From the NCBI GenBank assembly GCA_033764315.1, contig JANRJA010000110.1:1-16955 (forward strand): DNA of 16,955 nt, given 5' to 3'. This document shows positions 1 to 8,268 of this stretch, piece after piece (position 1 is the stretch's first letter; every line of letters begins with the position of its first letter). A program made the translations under genes and the position numbers. A model generated the notes under the pieces. That model saw only the letters and a program-made list of their open reading frames with translations. It ran no database searches and had not been told where the DNA came from. Source of the DNA: Oculatellaceae cyanobacterium bins.114 (GTDB lineage: Bacteria; Cyanobacteriota; Cyanobacteriia; Elainellales; Elainellaceae).

Positions 1-79
1 AGGGTTTTTGTGTGGCGCACCCGGGTGGGGGCCGACTCTCACAACCTCCTAATTTCACAAATGATTTAGGACGGCTATA
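1..79. mobile_element. One end of a MITE-like non-autonomous element, truncated by the window edge
   Basis: The minus strand reads TATAGCCGTCCTAAATCATTTGTGAAA (79-53), which I recognise as a common cyanobacterial repeat terminus next to a TA. It is followed by GC-rich REP-like sequence (GTGGCGCACCCGGGTGGGGGCCG). It begins exactly where DUF3368 similarity stops. The other end lies outside the window. Confidence 0.6.
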
Positions 80-378
80 GAGATGATTAATTGCAGCGAG
101 GTTGTTAATGGGTGATGTGTCGCTGACAATAACCACAATCTACCCATCTCCTGTAGGTTCTGAATGTCCTGCTCAAAATCTTCCACCCCATAATGCACTG
201 GTATGTGGCGACTAGCAAGTAAGTGTTGAAAGGCGACACGGTGCATTCCTGCAAATCGACTCGCCTGTGCAAGGGTAAGCTTTTCACGCTGAAAGAGCAT
301 GATGGCAATTTCCTGACGCATCTCAGCTTCAGTCATGCGAGTTGCAGTTAAAATTTCGTCAGGTACAACAAGGCTCAT
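55..378 (-). CDS. UPF0175-family antitoxin-like protein, C-terminally extended by apparent loss of its stop codon
   Basis: MSLVVPDEIL...EIAIMLFQREKLTLAQASRFAGMHRVAFQHLLASRHIPVHYGVEDFEQDIQNL is typical of UPF0175. AAGGAA lies upstream of the ATG at 378. The expected stop at 135-133 reads TGG. Confidence 0.85.
   Translation of the reverse strand: MSLVVPDEILTATRMTEAEMRQEIAIMLFQREKLTLAQASRFAGMHRVAFQHLLASRHIPVHYGVEDFEQDIQNLQEMGRLWLLSATHHPLTTSLQLIISIAVLNHL
80..136 (-). pseudogene. N-terminal fragment of a DUF3368-family (PIN-like) protein, interrupted by the insertion
   Basis: From GTG at 136 the frame reads (M/V)VIVSDTSPINNLAAINHL, the typical DUF3368 N-terminus (xIVVSDTSP). It lies in the usual position overlapping the end of a UPF0175 gene and runs into the repeat terminus at about 79. 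Confidence 0.75.
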
Positions 379-590
379 GGCTACGTTCCTTACTACTAAC
401 CTTATCTTATGGCTATACCTCTGAGTCAGCAAATGTCGATGTTCTTGCCGATCCAGCTAACATTGCATTGGTGCGGACGGCATAGAGGTCATCGGCGAGA
501 GTTCAAGGTTATCTGCCGCCGTAAAACTTCACCGATATGCAATCTTTTTTCAACCCCTCAAAATCATCTATTTCCACTGGGTTCTGTCCG

Positions 591-671
591 GGTAGTCCTA
601 AACAAGTAAGGATATGCCGCGCTCCGCGCGGCATATCCTTACTCAAAAATCATTACTTTTAGAGGTCTACC
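591..671. mobile_element. 81-bp MITE with imperfect 19-bp terminal inverted repeats, an 8-bp target-site duplication and an internal perfect 18-bp hairpin
   Basis: Left end GGTAGTCCTAAACAAGTAA versus reverse complement of the right end GGTAGACCTCTAAAAGTAA, 15/19 identical. Flanked by TCTGTCCG at 583-590 and 672-679. Internal stem 605-622/626-643 with loop TCC. Confidence 0.85.
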
Positions 672-727
672 TCTGTCCGAATTAAGCTGAAATAGGTGAT
701 TTCAAAATTTAGCGTCAATCAGCAGAT

Positions 728-1273
728 ATGAGCAAAGATATGAGGCGATGGAGAATAAATGCCGCTATGGTGGGGGGAGTTTTGCTGAGTCTGAGTATTG
801 CAACTTTGATTTATCAGCGAGTTGCGCCAAGTCAACAATTTAAACACGCCCAACAACATTGGAACACTCACAAACCCGATCGGTATCGACTGATGGTTAA
901 ATATCAAACTTTGTCTGACTTGCCAGGGTGCGAGCAAGCGGTTGAGGTACAACAGGAGGCGATCGCCCGTGTATTGCAAGATACCTGTCAAAATCAGCTA
1001 AATCTGGTTCCCCCTATGACGGTTTCAGATATTTTTGTCCGGTTTTATCCCCAGGCAACCGAGCAAACCTGTGGTCCTAATGGGTGTCAGTGTGATGGTG
1101 TCATTCGTGTCCATGCGACTTACGATCACCAGTTGGGCTATCCTCGTCAGATTGAGAGTCGATTAGAGCGCGATTGGTTCAATCCATTGCATTGGCAACT
1201 CAACCATCCCTGTACCTCGATTGGGTTTATCGGTGAACGGATTGAGGTCGTGTCGTTAGAATCGTTGCCGTAG
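728..1273 (+). CDS. Membrane-anchored or exported Cys-rich protein, DUF6174-like
   Basis: 181 aa with an N-terminal hydrophobic segment. Motifs WNTHKPDRYRL, TVSDIF and ATYDHQLGYPRQI resemble DUF6174. Six Cys, including CGPNGCQCD. Confidence 0.65.
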   Translation: MSKDMRRWRINAAMVGGVLLSLSIATLIYQRVAPSQQFKHAQQHWNTHKPDRYRLMVKYQTLSDLPGCEQAVEVQQEAIARVLQDTCQNQLNLVPPMTVSDIFVRFYPQATEQTCGPNGCQCDGVIRVHATYDHQLGYPRQIESRLERDWFNPLHWQLNHPCTSIGFIGERIEVVSLESLP

Positions 1274-1409
1274 ATGGGGCGATTGCATCCTGTTAAACGT
1301 GGAGTAAACCACTACCAAAACAGGGGTAAAAGCCGCTCCTATAAACATTTCTAGCTCTTAGTTAAAAGATCTAAGATCGATCATAGAGAGCAAGTAGGCT
1401 ACAGCATTC

Positions 1410-1766
1410 ATGAAAATTCAATCGTCTGTTTTAGTGCATCTTGGGTTTGGCAAGTATGTTCGTTCTGATCAGGTGACGGCTTTGATGCCAGTAGAGGAAG
1501 AACGTGGCCCCGGACGACGCACCTTTGTTTATTTAGCAGGGCAATCTGACCCAGTGGTTGCCTCTCGTGCTGAAGACACTATCGTGCGCGATCTCGTGCA
1601 AGAGCCGCGTGAAGTCACTCAATCGCGTCAACAGCAAGAGATCTTGACAGATCTGTTGCAAGATTTAGATAAGGTGAATTCTACGGTTCGTCGCATTAAC
1701 CGGGATGAAGGCGGACTTGACCTGGATCAATTAGAGCGTCGTATTCGGCGAGTTTTAGAGGATTAG
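1410..1766 (+). CDS. Hypothetical protein with a RemA/DUF370-like N-terminal domain and a helical C-terminal tail
   Basis: 118-aa ORF with protein-like composition. Motifs LVHLGFG, GRRT and DPVVAS..EDTIVRDL. The ORF is well supported; the family assignment is inference. Confidence 0.7.
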   Translation: MKIQSSVLVHLGFGKYVRSDQVTALMPVEEERGPGRRTFVYLAGQSDPVVASRAEDTIVRDLVQEPREVTQSRQQQEILTDLLQDLDKVNSTVRRINRDEGGLDLDQLERRIRRVLED

Positions 1767-1770
1767 CCTC

Positions 1771-2490
1771 TTACTGATTGAACTGGAAGGTCGAAACAAT
1801 TTGCTCAAAAGCTTTTTGATTTGGCCCATCTAACTCAGGGACGTTGATCTGGGCAAGACTGATAACAATCACTTCATCTCCAGTCTGGTTGGGCAAAACT
1901 ACATTGTTATAGCTATACAATCCTTCCGATTGAAACACAAGTGCTTCTTGACCCGCGATCGCCTGAGTTTGAAACTCACCTCGCATGACAAAGCGATCGC
2001 TCTGAGTCACCCAATCTTGCAAGGAGAGGCGATCGCCATTGCGATAAACTTCCACTTGCACATTGGGTGGCAGTTCAGTCCCACCCGCATAGTTTCCAGC
2101 TTCGATGGTTTTATATTGCTCCCGTTCCCAGAGATCTAAGGTAATTTTTAGATCTTCTTCAACGGCTGCCTTAGAAGTATCTTCAGAGCTTTTCAATAAA
2201 AAATTTTGGGGATAAGCAAACTGAAAACCCAGTTGATCGTTGATATAACTTGTCGGGTTTGAGGGTGTAGCCTGAGCAGTCGGGGCGATCGGCTCAGGTG
2301 TGCGGATTGCCCTGGGAGTTGGCTCGATTGAGGGTGAAGATGACACCGATTGAGGAGAGGGTTGGCAGGCGATCGCCAAGGTCGCCACTAAACCAATAAG
2401 CCCACCCCTGAGGAAAATAGCTGGGTTATAGTCCGTCTGGCCGAAGGTTGCTTTTGAAGAAGTTACACACAAGTCATAGTCAACAGACAT
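1771..2490 (-). CDS. Putative lipoprotein with a Pro/Ser/Thr linker and a PsbP/Mog1-like soluble domain
   Basis: Hydrophobic stretch ending in the lipobox-like LAIA-C, then a low-complexity linker, YINDQLGFQFAYP, and C-terminal FEQIVSTFQF as seen in PsbP-like proteins. The start is uncertain: the ORF is open to 2595 and I chose the ATG at 2490. Confidence 0.65.
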   Translation of the reverse strand: MSVDYDLCVTSSKATFGQTDYNPAIFLRGGLIGLVATLAIACQPSPQSVSSSPSIEPTPRAIRTPEPIAPTAQATPSNPTSYINDQLGFQFAYPQNFLLKSSEDTSKAAVEEDLKITLDLWEREQYKTIEAGNYAGGTELPPNVQVEVYRNGDRLSLQDWVTQSDRFVMRGEFQTQAIAGQEALVFQSEGLYSYNNVVLPNQTGDEVIVISLAQINVPELDGPNQKAFEQIVSTFQFNQ

Positions 2491-2666
2491 TTCTGCATTT
2501 CCCGTAATAGGCTTTATTAAGAATAGATCCCACTTCAGCAAAATTGTTTCCGTAATTTGAGTGGTTTCGTCGCAACTCCCTGGATAAATGATCAAGCACG
2601 GTAAGAGAAGGGAGATGCAACCAAGAGGAGGCGATCGCAGTTTTGGATAAGTTACTAGATCTGACG

Positions 2667-3173
2667 CTAAAACAGCTCTGATGTATCATTTTCACGACTA
2701 TTCAAACGGGTTTGTTCACCTTGTTTGATTTCTAATTCCAAGAAATAATTGAGCAATGTTCTGAGTAAGACGATCGCTCCTAAGTTGAGAATATCTTGAC
2801 GAGTGGGAGCAACTGCCGTTCTTAAAATGTCACTGGCAACAGTGAACTCTAAACCAAGAATTAGCACTTTTCCCAATTGCAGTCGAATCAACTCAATCGT
2901 ATTACCAGGTTGCCGCCCCTGAAGGATTAAACCTCTTAAGTAAAAGGCAATTCCTCGAAAAATAGCACTGCCAATGACGATCGCCGCTGCAATTTCCGCA
3001 GCCGCAGCTAAATAACCGACAATGGGTTTGATCCACGTTTCTAACGGGTTATCTAAGGCTTGGGCTTGTTCTACAGATTCAGTATCTAAGCTAAGAATGA
3101 GCACTAATCCTAAAATTAATGCCAACGGCAGCAGAGCATTGACAATAGCTTCGACTGATGAATTGCGTTTCAT
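2667..3173 (-). CDS. DUF1622 domain membrane protein
   Basis: RLQLGKVLILGLEFTVASDILRT...LGAIVLLRTLLNYFL is the DUF1622 signature. The start may be 3173 or 3206. Confidence 0.9.
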   Translation of the reverse strand: MKRNSSVEAIVNALLPLALILGLVLILSLDTESVEQAQALDNPLETWIKPIVGYLAAAAEIAAAIVIGSAIFRGIAFYLRGLILQGRQPGNTIELIRLQLGKVLILGLEFTVASDILRTAVAPTRQDILNLGAIVLLRTLLNYFLELEIKQGEQTRLNSRENDTSELF

Positions 3174-3498
3174 GAAGGTAATTGAATGGAGAATCAAACT
3201 AGCCAATGGTCAATATTGTCTCATTCTCTTTTCCTGAGAAATGAAGATTGAGCCTCCCAGAAAAATTATTTCCTGGCTCAAAGCCAACATCCTCTTTAGA
3301 GAACTAGACCCGCATTTCAGTTCATTTCAATGGACTTCTGCCATTCGCCCCAAAATTTACTTCTGGGCGAATGAACAACAATGAACAACGAAGCAATCAA
3401 CCGTTCATACTCAAATGGAACTCGACGCGGTAAAGTACGAGATATCTAAACTGACTTTGCAACCAGCTCAAATAGAGAGGATAAAAGAGGATATCAAT

Positions 3499-4074
3499 AT
3501 GGGTAAAGGGAGGTTAGAAGCATTCAGTGATGGAGTGATTGCCATTATCATCACCATTATGGTGTTGGAATTGAAAGTGCCTCATGGAACCGATCTGGCA
3601 GCACTGCGTGAATTGTTTCCAGTATTTTTGAGTTACGTGCTGAGTTTTATTTATTTAGGGATTTACTGGAACAATCACCATCACATGTTGCAAGCCGTGC
3701 GTCAGGTCAACGGCAGCATCCTGTGGGCTAATCTGCATTTGTTGTTCTGGTTGTCGCTCATTCCCTTTGTGACAGGATGGACTGGTGAAAATCACTTTGC
3801 GGCTTTGCCCGTTGCTCTCTATGGCATAGTGCTGTTGTTTTCGGCGATCGCCTATTTTATTCTGAGCCGAATTCTGATTGCTTATCACGGTCAAGATTCC
3901 ACGTTGGCGATCGCGCTAGGGCAAGATTTCAAAGGCAAAATATCCCCGGTAATTTATGCCGCTGCTATTTTGTTGGCATTTGTCAACTCATGGTTTGCTT
4001 TCATGCTGTATGTGATGGTTGCCATCATGTGGCTCGTCCCAGACCGTCGTATTGAGAAGGCGTTAACTCCCTAA
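3499..4074 (+). CDS. TMEM175-family (DUF1211) potassium channel
   Basis: RLEAFSDGVIAIIITIMVLEL (RxxxFSD motif), YWNNHH and NLHLLFWLSLIPF, about 6 TM segments. ATG at 3499 is preceded by AGAGGA. Confidence 0.95.
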   Translation: MGKGRLEAFSDGVIAIIITIMVLELKVPHGTDLAALRELFPVFLSYVLSFIYLGIYWNNHHHMLQAVRQVNGSILWANLHLLFWLSLIPFVTGWTGENHFAALPVALYGIVLLFSAIAYFILSRILIAYHGQDSTLAIALGQDFKGKISPVIYAAAILLAFVNSWFAFMLYVMVAIMWLVPDRRIEKALTP

Positions 4075-4075
4075 A

Positions 4076-4822
4076 ATGGAAAAAGTTCTGATCATTACAG
4101 GGGCGAGTCGTGGCATTGGCGCGGCGACGGCCTTGCTTGCGGCTGAGCAGGGGTATGCAATTTGTGTCAATTACCGTCGCTATCAAGAGGCAGCACAACG
4201 AGTGGTTGACGCTATTCAACAACAGGGTGGGCGGGCGATCGCGGTTGCGGCAGATGTGGCGTTAGAGCCAGATGTGGTCTCCCTGTTCAACCGGGTGGAT
4301 GAGGAACTGGGACGGATCACTGCCCTGGTGAATAACGCTGGCATTTTGGAGCAACAAATGAGAGTTGAGACAATGGATGCGGCTCGTTTAAACCGGGTCT
4401 GGATGACTAACATCACAGGCAGTTTTTTGTGTGCCCGCGAAGCCATTAAACGAATGTCTACCAAGCACGGAGGAGCAGGGGGAGCGATCGTAAATGTGTC
4501 GTCCGCCGCTGCTCGACTGGGTTCTCCTGGTGAATACGTAGACTATGCGGCGTCTAAAGGGGCAATTGACACAATGACTCTGGGACTAGCCAAGGAAGTG
4601 GCTGAAGAGGGAATTCGGGTCAATGCCGTCCGTCCAGGGTTTATTTACACTGATATTCACGCCAGCGGAGGCGAACCGCATCGGGTCGAGCGAGTCAAAG
4701 AGTTTGTGCCGATGAAGCGAGGGGGAGAAGCCATTGAGGTTGCCCAAGCCATTGTGTGGTTGTTATCCAATCAGGCTTCCTACACAACTGGTTCATTTAT
4801 TGATGTTACAGGTGGCAAGTAG
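4076..4822 (+). CDS. Classical SDR-family oxidoreductase (YgfF-like)
   Basis: TGASRGIG, NNAG and catalytic YAASK motifs, 248 aa. Starts after a 1-nt gap from the TMEM175 stop. Confidence 0.95.
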   Translation: MEKVLIITGASRGIGAATALLAAEQGYAICVNYRRYQEAAQRVVDAIQQQGGRAIAVAADVALEPDVVSLFNRVDEELGRITALVNNAGILEQQMRVETMDAARLNRVWMTNITGSFLCAREAIKRMSTKHGGAGGAIVNVSSAAARLGSPGEYVDYAASKGAIDTMTLGLAKEVAEEGIRVNAVRPGFIYTDIHASGGEPHRVERVKEFVPMKRGGEAIEVAQAIVWLLSNQASYTTGSFIDVTGGK

Positions 4823-4830
4823 ATCGCTGA

Positions 4831-5652
4831 TCAAAGCAGCGGAAAGCCTGACCGATGCAATATTTCTCGCAGGCGATCGCGCCCTGAGAGGCTTTCGGCT
4901 CCTGCCACTCGCTTCACCGAATGCTCTGCCCAATCGCCAGTGACACTCATCTGTTGCTCAGCATAAAAGGTGTGCATGACCTGGTTGTACTGGGCGATCG
5001 CCTCATCCTGTGCTGCCAGATTGTAAGTCTCTCGATGCAACACAGCCGATTGAGGCAGACGAGGTTTAATCGCAACAGGTCGAGTCAAATCAGCATAACC
5101 AACACACATACCAAATACTGCAAAGACACGAGGCGGTAGTCGCAACACCGATGCCACCTCTTCGGGGCGATTGCGCAATGCCCCAATATAAACGATGCCC
5201 AATCCCAAGGACTCAGCGGCGATCGCCGCATTTTGAGAGGCTAAGGCCGCATCAACGGTTGCCGTCAAAAACATCTCCAGGTAATCTAACCCATCGCGAG
5301 GTAAGCCGCGCTGATCGGCGATGTGGGTGAGTCGGGCTAAATCAACCAGCCACACCAAAAACAACGGACATTGGCGAATGTGATTTTGGTTGCCTGCTAG
5401 AGTTGCCAAAGTTGCTTTGCGCTCTGGATCTTCAACAGCAACTACACTCCAGGTCTGCAAATTAGAGGAAGTAGAGGCTGATTGAGCCGCAGCAACCAGG
5501 GTTTCCAGGGTTCCAGCAGGCAAAGGATCAGGACGATACGTGCGAATGGAACGATGGTCTAAAAGACGGGCAATGATCTCGTTCTCCGGCAAAGCGAAAT
5601 TGAGTGCATCTGTATGATAGCGATCGCGCAAAAAGTCATTCAATTGGCTCAT
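4831..5652 (-). CDS. NADPH-dependent flavin oxidoreductase/nitroreductase (NfsA/Frp family)
   Basis: HRSIR, AAQSASTSSNLQTWSVV, DAALASQNAAIAAESLGLGIVYIGALRN and KPRLP motifs. Confidence 0.95.
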   Translation of the reverse strand: MSQLNDFLRDRYHTDALNFALPENEIIARLLDHRSIRTYRPDPLPAGTLETLVAAAQSASTSSNLQTWSVVAVEDPERKATLATLAGNQNHIRQCPLFLVWLVDLARLTHIADQRGLPRDGLDYLEMFLTATVDAALASQNAAIAAESLGLGIVYIGALRNRPEEVASVLRLPPRVFAVFGMCVGYADLTRPVAIKPRLPQSAVLHRETYNLAAQDEAIAQYNQVMHTFYAEQQMSVTGDWAEHSVKRVAGAESLSGRDRLREILHRSGFPLL

Positions 5653-5784
5653 AGATTTAGTACATCGACAAACCCGATTTAGGCTAGACGGCTAGCGTGA
5701 ACTAGAGGATTTAAGCTCTCAAAAAACAATTTACTGATGCAAGCAGCTTAGTGTATGGTATCGACCTCTAATCAACCCAATTGT

Positions 5785-6993
5785 TTATTCCGAACCCGTC
5801 ACCACTGGGCTTTGCAACCGTTTGACTTCATCACTAGATGGGGTCGTTTCCAGCGTTGCATGGGGAGCAGGGTAGAAGCTACCATCAGAACCTCCATCAC
5901 TATGATGAGTCGATCGCGCCACAATCAACGCCTCTTTAATCACAACTGCGAGCGGCACTGATAACACAATCCCTAACAAGCCCCCAACCCGTGCTCCCGC
6001 TAAAATCGACACAAAAATCCAAAACGGATTTAAACCCGTCACAGTGCCTAACACTCTAGGAGCGATTAAATTTTCAACAATTTGCTGCACAATCAGGGCA
6101 ACGGCTAGTACCTGAAACGCTAAACCAAAGTTTTGCAAAGCGATTAACAACGTGACGATGGCAATTCCCACTGATCCGCCAAAGGGCACCAACGCCATAA
6201 ACCCGATCGTCAAGCCAAACAATAAACCAAAAGGCACTTTTAGTAAAACAAACACTGAGGTCAATCCCAACCCCATACACGTTGCTGAGATGACTTGTCC
6301 AAAAAAGTAGTTTTGAAAGCTCGATTGCAACGTCTGAGAAAACGGGGTTTGCACTTGCGTTGGCAACCACTGAATCAAGCTGCGCCAAATAGTTTGACTG
6401 TTTTGCACCAAATAAAACGTCAAAACAATGGTCAACAACACATCTAAGATTCTGACCACAGTAAACACAGTCAAACTCAACGTCAAATTGAGTGCCTGCC
6501 GTGTAATCAGTTGCAGTTCTCGAATTAGCTGAGCGTTGAGTTGCTCTGCCAGCCCATCCAGGTTGATAGGCAAGCCAATTGCATTGACCCGATCGTCTAG
6601 AGTGAGCAATTGTTGTCGTCCAGAATCTAACCATTCAGGCAAGCGAGCAATCAGTTGTTGAGCTTGAGTCAAAGCCAGAGGAAGCAAGGTGACTCCTAAC
6701 CCCAACACCAACAAAATAGCGGCTAAAAACACCAGAACAGCAGCTTGCCCCTGCTTTAAACCTCTTTTTTCAAACCATCTCACTGGATAATTCAACAAAA
6801 ACGCTAGCAGTGAAGAGGTGAGCAGAATGATGAATAGAGATTGAAAATAGCCAAAGATTTTAGAAAATGCCCAGGCGTTTAATACAGTCAGGGGAGCAGC
6901 TAGAGCGATCGCCAGCAAGCGTGAAGGGGAATTCAAAGTATCCCACCAGGCCATCAGTCTGTTTTTTGTTGGACGTGCTCCAGAGTCAGCCAT
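5785..6993 (-). CDS. AI-2E family transporter (UPF0118)
   Basis: LAFLLNYPV, QIVENLIAPRVLG..TGLNP and GLLGIVLSVPLA motifs; polytopic, 402 aa. Confidence 0.92.
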   Translation of the reverse strand: MADSGARPTKNRLMAWWDTLNSPSRLLAIALAAPLTVLNAWAFSKIFGYFQSLFIILLTSSLLAFLLNYPVRWFEKRGLKQGQAAVLVFLAAILLVLGLGVTLLPLALTQAQQLIARLPEWLDSGRQQLLTLDDRVNAIGLPINLDGLAEQLNAQLIRELQLITRQALNLTLSLTVFTVVRILDVLLTIVLTFYLVQNSQTIWRSLIQWLPTQVQTPFSQTLQSSFQNYFFGQVISATCMGLGLTSVFVLLKVPFGLLFGLTIGFMALVPFGGSVGIAIVTLLIALQNFGLAFQVLAVALIVQQIVENLIAPRVLGTVTGLNPFWIFVSILAGARVGGLLGIVLSVPLAVVIKEALIVARSTHHSDGGSDGSFYPAPHATLETTPSSDEVKRLQSPVVTGSE

Positions 6994-7344
6994 TAGCTTT
7001 TTACTGCATTAAACTCAATCTTTATTTTATATACAGAGTGACAGTACTTCCTCTGCCTTAACGACTAGACCTGTGACTAGACCTTTTATACGAATAGGGA
7101 TTAACCCTTGCTACAAGGCTTTAAGCAACGCTCATAAATAGATTCAGGAAGTTTATTGCAACCCATGTTACAGCAGGAAGAACAGCAATCTTTAAAGAAA
7201 ACCGCCACTTTTGATAGATGCTGACCTCCATCCTAAAGCCGACGCTATAGCTGAATTCTGTCATTACTGTTGTAAGTAATTCTTTCACTGACTTCGATTT
7301 AGGTCGTCACAGGTGAAAGGTTTCCTTAATATGGAGGTTTATCC

Positions 7345-7863
7345 ATGACAGACGATAAGAAAACTCAAAACCGTGATGCTAATCTTGACCCCATTTCAGG
7401 TCAACCCGGTGCTCACCCCGTTGGTACAGGTGTTGGAGCGGCAGGTGCTGGTGCGATCGGGACAGCCATTGGTGGAGCTGTTGGCGGCCCAGTAGGGGCT
7501 GTCGTCGGAGCAGCCGTTGGGGCAGTGGCAGGTGGTTTGGCAGGAAAGGGAGTCGCTGAGAAAATTGACCCCACTGTTGAAAACGACTATTGGCGCACCA
7601 ACTACTCAACTCGCCCCTATGCGGAGTCTAGCTATACCTACGACGATTATGACCCAGCTTACCGCACAGGGTATGAAGGTTACTCAACGTATTCTCAACG
7701 GGGTATGACCTACACTGATGCTGAGCCTCATCTGCAAACAGATTACGAGCAGCGACGTGGCAAAGGTCGGTTAGCATGGGACAAAGCCAAACATGCAACT
7801 CGTGATGCGTGGGATCGCGTTGAGCGAGCCATTCCTGGTGATGCTGACCACGACGGCAAATAA
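7345..7863 (+). CDS. Glycine-zipper small protein, hypothetical and possibly stress-related
   Basis: Strong RBS GGAGGT at 7333-7338. GxxxG-rich segment, then YWRTNYSTRPY..YDDYDPAYRTGY..LAWDKAKHATRDAWDR. Followed by a terminator. Confidence 0.85.
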   Translation: MTDDKKTQNRDANLDPISGQPGAHPVGTGVGAAGAGAIGTAIGGAVGGPVGAVVGAAVGAVAGGLAGKGVAEKIDPTVENDYWRTNYSTRPYAESSYTYDDYDPAYRTGYEGYSTYSQRGMTYTDAEPHLQTDYEQRRGKGRLAWDKAKHATRDAWDRVERAIPGDADHDGK

Positions 7864-7891
7864 CGACTTGTAAGTTCATTATCAGTCAACC

Positions 7892-7926
7892 AAAAAGCCC
7901 TTCTCTGATTAGAGAGGGGCTTTTTT
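7892..7926 (+). terminator. Rho-independent terminator, potentially bidirectional
   Basis: AAAAA-GCCCTTCTCT-GATT-AGAGAGGGGC-TTTTTT, about 30 nt after the stop at 7863. Confidence 0.85.
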
Positions 7927-7977
7927 GTGCAAAGGATTGGTTAGACCGGGGGCAGGTGCATCTGACGATCGGGGGAG

Positions 7978-8110
7978 TGGCAGTTGAAACCGCATCTACC
8001 AGAACAAAATCTGCCTTCGCAGGTTCAAAACCCTCAGTCCGCGTCGGACGTTCGGCGAAGCTCAGTCGAGCCGCAGACTTTGTTCTCATAGCCATGTATT
8101 CATTCGCCGG
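7978..8110. repeat. REP-like palindromic element with a second short unit nested inside
   Basis: Inverted arms AGAACAAAATCTGC (8001-8014) and GCAGACTTTGTTCT (8073-8086) match 13/14. Small hairpin AATCTGC-CTTC-GCAGGTT. GTTGAAACCGC at the left end. Resembles cyanobacterial REP families as I recall them. Confidence 0.65.
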
Positions 8111-8268
8111 GTTCAGTTCCCCAACTACTAGATGCACCTCCAAGGACAGCATTAAGAATTAAGACCAGAGCCGATTGAGATGAGTTTTTTTGCAGCCTAT
8201 GTGCTAACTTCATCGACAAATCCTTTCTCTTATAGAAGTAAAATGGGCAGCTGAGAGTTTTCCCTTTG

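Noticed and set aside
409-609. 66-aa ORF or gene remnant upstream of UPF0175
   Set aside because: I recognise no family in the frames I translated, even after removing the MITE.
3415-3498. 28-aa N-terminal extension of TMEM175 in the ORF track
   Set aside because: Family similarity begins at MGKGRLEAFSD and an RBS-like AGAGGA precedes the ATG at 3499.
6074-6634. 186-aa alternative-frame ORF, and similar shadow ORFs inside the SDR, kinase and kef genes
   Set aside because: They are fully nested in well-supported genes and have non-protein-like composition.
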